Virus record (IMG/VR): IMGVR_UViG_3300033068_001172
Span: 4,935-68,934 of that record
Length of the DNA stretch: 64,000 nucleotides
Source: a virus
Taxonomy: Duplodnaviria > Caudoviricetes
Reading direction: 5' to 3' (one strand)
Positions 53,151 through 61,627 of the stretch are shown piece after piece. The position numbers and the translations under genes were made by a program. The notes below the pieces were generated by a model. The model was not told the origin of the DNA. It did no database searches and was given only the letters and a program-made list of their open reading frames with translations. Numbering within the stretch: the first letter of the stretch is position 1; each line of letters begins with the position of its first letter.

Positions 53151-53324
53151 ACCTCATATTGAAGCGTAAAAAGCGCCCGACCTTCAACGGGCATCCAAGT
53201 TAGATCGGAGCGTAAACTACGCCAGGCCACCTCCCCTGACACCAAGCAACTTGCCTTGCTTCGCGTCATCGGGGTTTCACCACGGTCGTTGAGCAGGCAC
53301 ACCCACCTCTCACTATCCACGACC

Positions 53325-54503
53325 ATGGCTGCTCCACTTCTCGACCAGTATTTCATTTCCGACGCCGCCCGTATCCAGGGCAAGATCGACCAGATCATGC
53401 GCGTCGAAGGCCGCATCTCCGCCCTCGTAAAGAAGGATGTCCTGCCTGACGGCATGGGCTTCAACTTCAGCACGGTGATCACCAAGCGTTCCACCGGTGT
53501 CGGTGGTGGCTGGGTGGCCGTCTCCACTCCGAACGGCACCGGCAACAACTGCGTTCCCACCCCGACCATCGTGTCTCCGGCCCGCACGCAGATCAGCTAC
53601 TCGGCCACGCAGACGACTGTGTACTCGGAAGACATCTGCTTCCGCGATCTCGCCGCCGCCTACGACGCCCGTGACCAGCTCAAGACTGACCGCGACAACT
53701 TCGTGGCGAACATCAAGGATCTCTGGGACATCCAGGACAAGGAACAGTTCACCTACTGGGCCGGGCACAAGATCGTCTTCAACGGTTCCCTCACGGAGAC
53801 GACCAACGGCACCACGATGCCCGCGACTGTGGCCACCAGCACGATCAACCAAGGTCTGCTTGATGCGCTCTACAACCGCGCCACTCAGGACGGTGCCGGC
53901 AGCGAAGCGTCCTACGCCAAGCGCCAGGGTGCCCCCATCCTGCCGCTGATCCTCTCTCAGGAAGCCCACCGCACGATCATCAAAGGTGATGACTCGATCC
54001 GCAATGACTTCCGCTGGGCTGACTCTGGCAAGTCTGACGGTGCTGTCCTGCTCCAGTCCTGGGGCATCGACCGTGAATACGGCGGATACCACCACATCAT
54101 CGACCAACGTATGCCCCGCTGGGACTTCGTCAACGGTGCCTGGGTCAACCGTCCGTTCTACGCCAACGTCGCCACCACCATCGGCAACGAGGCGGACGTG
54201 AACCCCGACTACCTTGCCGCCCAGTTCGAGGACTTGTACCTCTTCAATCCTGATGTGATGACGCGCCAGGTGCCGAAACCCGCGACCAGCTTTGGTTCCG
54301 GCTCCAGCGCCAAGGCCATCAGCTTCAACGGTGAAGTGGTCTGGCTCAACATCCCGAACAAGACGGACAACCCGTTCAGCGACATCGGCTTCTTCGCCGC
54401 CCGCCTCTACGCCGCCTACAAGCCCCGCAAGGTGCAGTATGGCTACGTGGTCCGTTTCCTCCGCTGCCCGAACGTTTCCGGCACCGTCTGCCCCGCCTAC
54501 TAA
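53325..54503 (+). CDS. Major capsid protein
   Basis: 392 aa, strongly biased codon usage, own consensus promoter and strong terminator, follows the scaffold gene. Confidence 0.8.
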   Translation: MAAPLLDQYFISDAARIQGKIDQIMRVEGRISALVKKDVLPDGMGFNFSTVITKRSTGVGGGWVAVSTPNGTGNNCVPTPTIVSPARTQISYSATQTTVYSEDICFRDLAAAYDARDQLKTDRDNFVANIKDLWDIQDKEQFTYWAGHKIVFNGSLTETTNGTTMPATVATSTINQGLLDALYNRATQDGAGSEASYAKRQGAPILPLILSQEAHRTIIKGDDSIRNDFRWADSGKSDGAVLLQSWGIDREYGGYHHIIDQRMPRWDFVNGAWVNRPFYANVATTIGNEADVNPDYLAAQFEDLYLFNPDVMTRQVPKPATSFGSGSSAKAISFNGEVVWLNIPNKTDNPFSDIGFFAARLYAAYKPRKVQYGYVVRFLRCPNVSGTVCPAY

Positions 54504-54529
54504 GAACAGGCCGGTAGCGGCAAAATCTG

Positions 54530-54568
54530 AGGCGGGAGCTTGCATCATGCGAGTTCCCGCCTTCTTTT
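54530..54568 (+). terminator. Intrinsic terminator after the capsid gene
   Basis: AGGCGGGAGCTTGCAT/ATGCGAGTTCCCGCCT hairpin followed by TCTTTT. Confidence 0.8.
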
Positions 54569-54590
54569 AAACTCTCACCTCTCAAACACC

Positions 54591-54842
54591 ATGGCTCAGA
54601 TGATTCTCATCCCCCTTCCCAAAGGCTTCGACACCACGCAACACAAGGAGGGGGAGACATTCGACATCCCCGTCACGGTCCATCTGACACCCCAGGGGCT
54701 GGAAGTGGAGGCCGTCGATGGTGTGCCCGTTGAGTCCAACGAGTCTCCACAGGAGGAGGCCGCCGAAACCGACATGGACGAAGAAGGTCTGCAACGCGCC
54801 ATGGGTCGTGGCCAACCACCGATGGAGGAGGGCATGGCATGA
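54591..54842 (+). CDS. Acidic hypothetical protein
   Basis: MAQMILIPLP..., 83 aa. Confidence 0.6.
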   Translation: MAQMILIPLPKGFDTTQHKEGETFDIPVTVHLTPQGLEVEAVDGVPVESNESPQEEAAETDMDEEGLQRAMGRGQPPMEEGMA

Positions 54843-54970
54843 CCGTCACTGACATCACCGGACCCTCCCAAGATGCCGCAGCACTCGCGGTCATCGGGGC
54901 CACCGCCTTCGCCGACACTGAGGTGGGGCTGCTCCAACAACTTCTCGTCGCAGTTGCCAATGCGCCATGA
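54839..54970 (+). CDS. Small protein (43 aa) related to the fibre N-terminal anchor
   Basis: MTVTDITGPSQDAAALAVIGATAFADTEVGLLQQLLVAVANAP; ATGA overlaps on both sides. Confidence 0.6.
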   Translation: MTVTDITGPSQDAAALAVIGATAFADTEVGLLQQLLVAVANAP

Positions 54971-55509
54971 TTCTCTCCACTCTGTACGGCCTCACTCAAG
55001 CCAACGCCGCCCGCGCTCTGATCGGCGGCGACGTTCTTGCTGATACCCGCAACGAACTGCTCAAGCAGTTGGTCGTGGCTGTGGCCAACAAGGCTGGTGG
55101 AGGTGGTGGACTCCCCGCTGGCAGCACGATCACCGACATTATCAATCAGGTGGTCAGCCCGACTGAATATTCAGTTGGTTATCTCGGCATCCCACAGAAC
55201 AGCAAGTCTGCCGACTACACCACAATCCTCACGGATTCAGGTAAGCACATATACCACCCGTCAGCGGACGCAGTTTCTAGAACGTGGACCATTGCAGCCA
55301 ACGCCAGCGTGGCCTACCCCATTGGAACGGCTCTTACTTTCGTCAATGACACTTCTGCGGGTGACATCACCATTGACATCAATGCCGATACCCTGACTCT
55401 CGCCGGTGCAGGCACCACAGGACCTCGAACTCTCGCCGCAAGCGGCATGGCCACGGCGATCAAAGTCACCTCAACCCGCTGGATGATCTCTGGCAGCGGA
55501 CTCACTTGA
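54967..55509 (+). CDS. Short fibre / decoration protein
   Basis: Shared N-terminal anchor, poly-Gly hinge, beta-rich C-terminal domain. Confidence 0.65.
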   Translation: MILSTLYGLTQANAARALIGGDVLADTRNELLKQLVVAVANKAGGGGGLPAGSTITDIINQVVSPTEYSVGYLGIPQNSKSADYTTILTDSGKHIYHPSADAVSRTWTIAANASVAYPIGTALTFVNDTSAGDITIDINADTLTLAGAGTTGPRTLAASGMATAIKVTSTRWMISGSGLT

Positions 55510-55513
55510 ACCA

Positions 55514-55969
55514 ATGGGCGCTACTCAACAGGCTCTACTGGCAACCCCGATAACCGGGTCATCGGATGCTCCAGTGATCACGGGCTGGGGTGAAGGCTTC
55601 GATGGCTCCAACTTGGGCAGCTTCTACGAAGAGGCGGTAAATCTTGCGTGGGACTTTGTGATTGGCGCTGATGAGTATAAGCTTTACAGAGCAACAGCTC
55701 CTGATTCTTCATCCCCTCTTGGAGCTTACACATTCTTTTCAGAGTTTCCAGATGCTCTCTACCGAGATTCTTCCGTGAACTGGGCTTCTGGCGCAAGCTA
55801 TGGATATAAAGTCACCGCTCACATTGGTTCTTCTGAATCAGGGTTTAGCAACTCACTCAGATTCGATGTCACGGTTCCACCACCTCCTTCTTCAAGCTAC
55901 TACCTGCGCCCTGACGGCGTGAGCTATTACCACAGACCTGACGGCACTAGCCGCTACACCCGACCTTAA
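55514..55969 (+). CDS. Virion protein with an Ig/FN3-like domain
   Basis: VNLAWD..GADEYKLYR...YGYKVTA...ESGFSN; C-terminal YxRPDG repeats. Confidence 0.55.
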   Translation: MGATQQALLATPITGSSDAPVITGWGEGFDGSNLGSFYEEAVNLAWDFVIGADEYKLYRATAPDSSSPLGAYTFFSEFPDALYRDSSVNWASGASYGYKVTAHIGSSESGFSNSLRFDVTVPPPPSSSYYLRPDGVSYYHRPDGTSRYTRP

Positions 55970-55973
55970 TACC

Positions 55974-57314
55974 ATGTCCGACTTCACAGTTTCAGCAGAC
56001 ATCGACACCTTCATGCAGGCGGCGGATGCCGCAGCCGCAAGGGCGACCCTTGGTCTTGGCACCTGCGCGACAGTTAATGCCGGAGCTGGAGTCGGCACAG
56101 CCCTCGGTGTGGATCTTGGTTCCGCAGGCTCTGTTCTCGTCACTGACTATGCCGCCGACGCCGGCAGCACTGATGCCTATGTCGCCACACTGAACCCAGC
56201 GCCCGCGACCCTCGTCGTTGGAGCGCATTACCGCTTCATGGCAAACACGGCCAATACTGGAGCGGCAACGATCAATTTCAATGGCCTGGGCGCGAAGACC
56301 ATCGTTAAAGCGGCGGGAGGCATAGCGACTCCGCTCGCTGATAATGACATTCGAGCAGGTCAGTGGGTTGATGTTGTCTATGACGGAGTCAACATGCAGA
56401 TGCAATCAACTCTTGGAAATGCGTCTGGTGGAGGTGGTTTGGCTAACATCACCGAGACTCTGCTGACAGCCTCTCCAAATGACACGGTCAATGTAGTCCA
56501 GTTGGCTGCGTCAGGCGGCACCACAAATGTTGACATCTGCCTGACACCTAAAGGATCAGGAGCCTTTATCATTGGGCCTCCTCCAGACGCAGGAACCACT
56601 GGTGGGAATAAGCGAGGGGCTAATGCTGCTGATTTTACATACGACAGAACATCAGCTACACAAGTCGCGTCTGGCATGGGGGCTTTGTGCGGAGGTAGGC
56701 GAGCTACTGGGTCAGGCACTGAATCAATAGCCTGGGGATTTTCCTGCACAGCAGTAGGATCACAGGCGATAGCCATGCAAGCATTCACGACAGCCAGTGG
56801 TGATTATGCCGCTGCTTTGGGGTTGGAGTCGCAGGCGACTGCTCAAAATACCTTTGCAACAGGTTATGGGTCAAAGGCAGATAGGTACTCGATGTCGTCG
56901 CATGCCAGTGGTTACTTTTCAGCAACTGGAGATGCGCAAGCTGTGAGATTTGTTCTGCGCACTAAAACCACCACCAATGCCGCCGTTGAGATGTTTCTCG
57001 ATGGTGCTTCTACGCGGCTTACCATCCCCGCAGGCAAAGGGCTCTACGGCATCGTGAAAATAATCGGCATAAAAAGTGATGGCAGCGTGGCTGCAACTTA
57101 CACGCGGCAAGTTGCCATCAAAAATGTGTCGGGAACAACCGCTCTAATCGGCACAGTCAATACCATCGGCACCGACGAGACTGGCAGCACCTCCCTTTCC
57201 ATCACCGCCGATGATACCAACGATGCGCTGAACATTTCCCCCACCGGAATCACCTCCGAAGTCTGGCGCTGGGTGGCAACCTTTGAAGGCGTTGAAATAG
57301 CTTACGGATCTTGA
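55974..57314 (+). CDS. Tail fibre / adhesin-like protein
   Basis: Gly/Ala/Thr-rich; about 14-residue beta-roll repeats (A.G..S.A.G) like trimeric adhesin heads. Confidence 0.7.
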   Translation: MSDFTVSADIDTFMQAADAAAARATLGLGTCATVNAGAGVGTALGVDLGSAGSVLVTDYAADAGSTDAYVATLNPAPATLVVGAHYRFMANTANTGAATINFNGLGAKTIVKAAGGIATPLADNDIRAGQWVDVVYDGVNMQMQSTLGNASGGGGLANITETLLTASPNDTVNVVQLAASGGTTNVDICLTPKGSGAFIIGPPPDAGTTGGNKRGANAADFTYDRTSATQVASGMGALCGGRRATGSGTESIAWGFSCTAVGSQAIAMQAFTTASGDYAAALGLESQATAQNTFATGYGSKADRYSMSSHASGYFSATGDAQAVRFVLRTKTTTNAAVEMFLDGASTRLTIPAGKGLYGIVKIIGIKSDGSVAATYTRQVAIKNVSGTTALIGTVNTIGTDETGSTSLSITADDTNDALNISPTGITSEVWRWVATFEGVEIAYGS

Positions 57315-57317
57315 TCT

Positions 57318-57806
57318 ATGAAAACGATTGGACTCATACCCTCACTGGCCCTGGCATCCCTTGAGCAGGATGCCAAAAACAATTGGCTCAATGTGCCTGC
57401 GGGCCAGACTGTGGTGCCGCTGGTGAAGATTGAAAAGCCCGTTATTTCCGCAGGCATTGGCTACGAGCCAAAGCTTGTCTGGTTTTCGGATCGAGTCGAA
57501 CGCCAATGGAATCAGATTGTCCCCGTGATTACGGTGCCTGAATCCGTATCCAAGGTGGGAGTGCTTCTCGCGATGGCTGAAAAAGGCCTCTACACCCCTG
57601 ATGATCCAACATCCGCGCTCACTGCCGCAATCGCCAGCATGTCTGACCCTACACAGAAAGCGGCCACGCAGATTTTCTTCCAATTCGAAACAGTTGTGAA
57701 GCGATTCCACCCCGTAGTGCTTGGATTGCAGAAGACCTTGGGGCTGGACGATGCGGCTGTCGATGCCCTGTTTGTGGCGGCGAAAGCGAAGGATAACCAA
57801 CCATGA
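57318..57806 (+). CDS. Putative fibre assembly / accessory protein
   Basis: Follows the fibre gene; C-terminal FQFETVVKRFHP.V...LGLDDAAVDALF.AA pattern. Confidence 0.5.
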   Translation: MKTIGLIPSLALASLEQDAKNNWLNVPAGQTVVPLVKIEKPVISAGIGYEPKLVWFSDRVERQWNQIVPVITVPESVSKVGVLLAMAEKGLYTPDDPTSALTAAIASMSDPTQKAATQIFFQFETVVKRFHPVVLGLQKTLGLDDAAVDALFVAAKAKDNQP

Positions 57807-58777
57807 GTCTCTCCACCCCCTATGGCCTCACACAAGCCAATATCACCCGCGCTCTGATCGGGGGTGATGTGATCGCGGACACACGCAACGAGCTGCTCAA
57901 GCAGTTGATCGTCGCAACCGCCAACAAGACCGGCGGGGGTGGCGGTGGCACAGGTAATGTCGTCGGCCCAGCTTCCTCGACTGACGGCGCTGTGGTGCTG
58001 TGGGATGGCCTCACGGGCAAGCTGCTCAAGGATAGCACGGCGTTCATCACCGGTTCCGGTACTCTCGCGTTCGGGGTTGGTCCGTTCACGCTCACAGTGC
58101 CAGCCACAGGCACGGCGGCGCTCCTCGAAGTTTCCAACATCTTCACATTAGGGCAGACGATTCAGGCTCCGGTGGGCGCTTCGGCGCTGACGCTGACAGG
58201 TGGGACTCAGACGGCCAACTTCCCGGTTCTGGCTGCGACGCAGACGTGGGATAACGCGGCTGTGGCGTTCAGGGGGATTCAGCTCGATGTCACCAATACT
58301 GCAAGCGATGCCGCAAGTCGCATCCTGTATCTACGAGTCAATGGCATCAGTCAGTTCACTGTTTCGGCTGCTGGTGCGCTCAGAATTGGGGATACAACGG
58401 TAGGTGACACACTGAATTTCAGGAGTGACATTGGATTTCTGAACATCAATGGTTTTGGTGGGCAGTCGGGCACAGCTATTGGTGGTGAGACTTATCTGTC
58501 GGGCATCAACTTCGGCAAAAATTCCGGCATACGGTGGACGAATGATGGAACCGCATCGACTCCAGACCTTCTCCTGAGTCGCGATGCCGGTGGAATTATG
58601 TTCCTGTCCGATGCAAATTCAGGCGGAGCCACGCTCCAGATGGCAGAACAGACCGCCCCCGCCGCCCCCGCCGCCAGTCAAGTGCGTATCTATGCCGCGA
58701 ACAATGGCGCAGGGAAAACTCAACTCATGGCCTTGTTCTCCAGCGGGGCCGCACAACAAATCGCAATCCAGCCGTAA
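57803..58777 (+). CDS. Fibre protein with the shared N-terminal anchor
   Basis: First ~45 aa nearly identical to the 54967 protein; beta-rich remainder. Confidence 0.7.
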   Translation: MSLSTPYGLTQANITRALIGGDVIADTRNELLKQLIVATANKTGGGGGGTGNVVGPASSTDGAVVLWDGLTGKLLKDSTAFITGSGTLAFGVGPFTLTVPATGTAALLEVSNIFTLGQTIQAPVGASALTLTGGTQTANFPVLAATQTWDNAAVAFRGIQLDVTNTASDAASRILYLRVNGISQFTVSAAGALRIGDTTVGDTLNFRSDIGFLNINGFGGQSGTAIGGETYLSGINFGKNSGIRWTNDGTASTPDLLLSRDAGGIMFLSDANSGGATLQMAEQTAPAAPAASQVRIYAANNGAGKTQLMALFSSGAAQQIAIQP

Positions 58778-58986
58778 TGAACAAGCCCGACACCACCACC
58801 CAACGCGCCATCATTGAAAATGCGATCAAGTCCATCGAGGCCGAATGCTACTCGCTCACCCTCTCCGGCGAGGCGATGAAGACCATCGGCCTGGTAGAGA
58901 AAGCGACGGAACTTGGCGAGCAACTGGCCAAGTCCATGAAGCTTCACGCTTTCTACACGGTCAAGCTGAACGAACTTCCCCAATGA
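58777..58986 (+). CDS. Small hypothetical protein
   Basis: 69 aa; coupled overlaps. Confidence 0.6.
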   Translation: MNKPDTTTQRAIIENAIKSIEAECYSLTLSGEAMKTIGLVEKATELGEQLAKSMKLHAFYTVKLNELPQ

Positions 58987-59603
58987 TCCTCCCCATGGGA
59001 CCGCCCACCGCCATTCTCACAATGCCAGAAACTCACAAAGCTTTGGGCGTCGATCCCTCCGAATGGAACGCCTGGATCGGTCTTGGAGTCGCCCTCGGCT
59101 CGGGGGCTTTGTGGTTGTGGCGTCACAGTCTGGGAGCACTCTTCATGTGGGGATGGAACTTCGTGCGCGCACCCCTGCTGATCAAGGAGCAGAACGTCCT
59201 GATCCACTCTCTGCTCGAAGAGATGAACAAGGTGAAGCACCAAGCTGAATACGCCGTGGCCATGTCCCGCGTTTCGTGGTCCTTCGTGGAGCGCCCTGTG
59301 CTGCAATGCGACGCTCTCGGTCTATGCGTCTTTGCCAATGACTTTTCCGTGCGCCTGCTGGTGCGCCAGCAGGACGAGTTCTGCGGCTCCGGCTGGCTGA
59401 CTCTGGTACATTCGGAGGATGCCGAGCGGGTGGAGCGGCTGTGGCGGCAGTGTGTTGCCGACAAGCGCAACTTCGCCCACACCTTTCGTCTGGTGGATCG
59501 CAGTGGAAGATCCACCCGTGTTTTTGACCGGGCCGAGATCCTGTATGACCGTGACAACGTCGTGCTCGGGTGGTATCATCTGATGTCGGTCGCCGACTCC
59601 TGA
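58983..59603 (+). CDS. Transmembrane + PAS-domain protein at the holin position
   Basis: Hydrophobic WIGLGVALGSGALWLW, short coiled coil, then DALGLCVFAN...EFCGSGWLTLVHSEDAERV...F.HTFRL...G...V...A....D (PAS/PAC pattern). Confidence 0.75.
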   Translation: MILPMGPPTAILTMPETHKALGVDPSEWNAWIGLGVALGSGALWLWRHSLGALFMWGWNFVRAPLLIKEQNVLIHSLLEEMNKVKHQAEYAVAMSRVSWSFVERPVLQCDALGLCVFANDFSVRLLVRQQDEFCGSGWLTLVHSEDAERVERLWRQCVADKRNFAHTFRLVDRSGRSTRVFDRAEILYDRDNVVLGWYHLMSVADS

Positions 59604-59604
59604 C

Positions 59605-60579
59605 ATGAAAAAACCCCCCGTCATCATTGCCATCAACGGCATCCGCACCAAGCAGATTTACTCTGCGTGGCCACGCCGGTTCGACTGGTGGCTCGATGCC
59701 AACCTCGACGAGATCGCGGTGGCCGAACGCTACGAATATGAGTGCTCGGCGTTGTTCAGGTTCAAGGGCCAGCGCGCCCGAGTCGATGAACTGATCGAAA
59801 TCGTCAACGGCTATAAGAACAACGATCAGGACATCATCTTGGTGGGGCACAGCAACGGCTGCGACATCATCCAGCGGATACTCAACATGGGTATCCACGT
59901 CAGGGAGGTCCACTGCTTCGCCCCTGCCGCGTTCGAGGCTGACTTCTCCCGCGCTATCGAGCGCAAGGCCTGCAAGCGCATCTTCATCTACGGCAGCACC
60001 AATGACCGGGCTCTGCGTCTGGCCCGCGACACGCAGTTCCTCACCCGCACACTGTCTTTTCTGCTGCGCCCCTTTGGAGTGCCCCAGCTTGGGTACGGCT
60101 GGCTTGGGCTCAACGCCGCAGCGTTCGCTGCCCAGCACCCGGACATCGTTACTGATTGCAGCAACAACCGCTTCGACCACAGTACTTGGTTCGAGGAACA
60201 GTATTTTGACAGCACCATGCTCTTGTTCGAGGCCAACTACACGTCAAAACAAGGGTTGGCTCCCGTCTCTCCCCCACCTATTCTCGTACCGCCCACTCCA
60301 ACAACCGATATGAAAACAACCCTCCTCTCCCTCCTCGCCCTCTGTCTCGTCTCCTGCGCAAACGGACCATTGACCAAACAGCAGGCCGCTGCTGACGCCC
60401 TCTCTGTCGCCGCTGCCGCCGCCAATGGCTTCCTCGCTGGTGGAAAGGCAGGCGCGCTCCTCGGCCTCACCACGCAAGAAGTCGCTAACCTCAGTGCCCT
60501 GGCTGCCAAAGCCAAGGTCACGGCCAATGCGACTTCGCCAGCCCCGGCACCCGTTCCAGCAGCACCCCCTGTGAAGTAA
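59605..60579 (+). CDS. Alpha/beta-hydrolase (lipase/esterase-like) fused in frame to a lipoprotein-like C-terminal part
   Basis: ILVGHSNG nucleophile elbow, NDRAL, FDHSTWF; Pro-rich linker; then MKTTLLSLLALCLVSC. Confidence 0.7.
   Translation: MKKPPVIIAINGIRTKQIYSAWPRRFDWWLDANLDEIAVAERYEYECSALFRFKGQRARVDELIEIVNGYKNNDQDIILVGHSNGCDIIQRILNMGIHVREVHCFAPAAFEADFSRAIERKACKRIFIYGSTNDRALRLARDTQFLTRTLSFLLRPFGVPQLGYGWLGLNAAAFAAQHPDIVTDCSNNRFDHSTWFEEQYFDSTMLLFEANYTSKQGLAPVSPPPILVPPTPTTDMKTTLLSLLALCLVSCANGPLTKQQAAADALSVAAAAANGFLAGGKAGALLGLTTQEVANLSALAAKAKVTANATSPAPAPVPAAPPVK
60310..60579 (+). CDS. Putative lipoprotein from an internal in-frame start
   Basis: MKTTLLSLLALCLVS-C (type II signal peptide with lipobox); ATG preceded by A/C-rich sequence. 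Confidence 0.6.
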   Translation: MKTTLLSLLALCLVSCANGPLTKQQAAADALSVAAAAANGFLAGGKAGALLGLTTQEVANLSALAAKAKVTANATSPAPAPVPAAPPVK

Positions 60580-60586
60580 TATTGCC

Positions 60587-61168
60587 ATGCACGCCTACAA
60601 AGCACTTCTTGCTCCAGTGAGCAACCGGGGTCGTCCTCCGGTTGCGTTCTTGGACGCGCTGGTGTCGTGGCTGCGCACTGCACCCGAAGACATCTTCGCG
60701 TCCAACAAGGACCCCGAGGATGTGTTCAACCGGCTGGCCCCGCTGCTGGGTCCGTGGAACTCCCCTCTGCACCGTCGCGCCGCCATGGGCGAACTGCTGC
60801 GCTGCCTGGCAGGTTTTGAAAGTTCATGGCGCTGGAACTGCGGGGTGGACACCACCAACAAGACCAGCATGCGCCTCATCACCGGGCAGGAGACGGGCAT
60901 TTTTCAAGTGTCGTGGGATTCACTCGGCCTCGATCTGGCAGGCACGGACGACGTGGACGACCTGCATCAGTGCGTGCTGCGCTACTGTGGCAGTCTGAAG
61001 GTGCAGACCTTTATCAGCCTGATGAAGTCCAACCACCTTTTTGCCCTTGAGTACTGCGCACGTCTGCTGCGAAACTCATTTTTCTGGGATGGTCCGATCA
61101 AGCGGCACGAAATTGACTCCTCCCTCACCCGCGAAGGCGTGGAAGAACTTCAACAGCTCCTCACCTAA
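60587..61168 (+). CDS. Putative lysozyme-fold endolysin (transglycosylase-like)
   Basis: LAGFESSW (catalytic Glu-Ser pattern) and ETGIFQVS (GxxQ pattern). Confidence 0.6.
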   Translation: MHAYKALLAPVSNRGRPPVAFLDALVSWLRTAPEDIFASNKDPEDVFNRLAPLLGPWNSPLHRRAAMGELLRCLAGFESSWRWNCGVDTTNKTSMRLITGQETGIFQVSWDSLGLDLAGTDDVDDLHQCVLRYCGSLKVQTFISLMKSNHLFALEYCARLLRNSFFWDGPIKRHEIDSSLTREGVEELQQLLT

Positions 61169-61174
61169 ACCATC

Positions 61175-61627
61175 ATGGCCAAGAACCTCTACCTCATCCG
61201 CCTAGACGGCACCTACGCCCGCTATACAGGCATTGTTTCGGACCCTGTGCTTACTCCATTGGCCGCCGATCCATTGGCCCCCGATCCGGGGGCCATGCAA
61301 GGCATGGGCGAGCCCTACCGCGACATTCCGGTCTGCGGCACCACGCTCAGTGAAGACTCGGTCTCCGTGCAGTCCAACACGGGAGTGACCTTCACCGCCC
61401 CCGCATTCATCTCCTCCATTCCCGGCCCGGCAGGATTCTCCGGCACCTTGGGCATCGTGGAGCCGGATGATGTAGCGCACGTCGCGCCACGCCAAGCCGT
61501 TCAGACTTACACGTTCTGGAAATTCGATTTTGGGGTAGTGGCGGGCTCGCCTCAATACGCCTACGCCGAGTTTCGCCGTGGCGACATCATCGCGGACACC
61601 GCGCCAAACACCGATCCAGCAGTCTGA
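61175..61627 (+). CDS. Hypothetical structural protein
   Basis: 150 aa in the late operon. Confidence 0.6.
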   Translation: MAKNLYLIRLDGTYARYTGIVSDPVLTPLAADPLAPDPGAMQGMGEPYRDIPVCGTTLSEDSVSVQSNTGVTFTAPAFISSIPGPAGFSGTLGIVEPDDVAHVAPRQAVQTYTFWKFDFGVVAGSPQYAYAEFRRGDIIADTAPNTDPAV

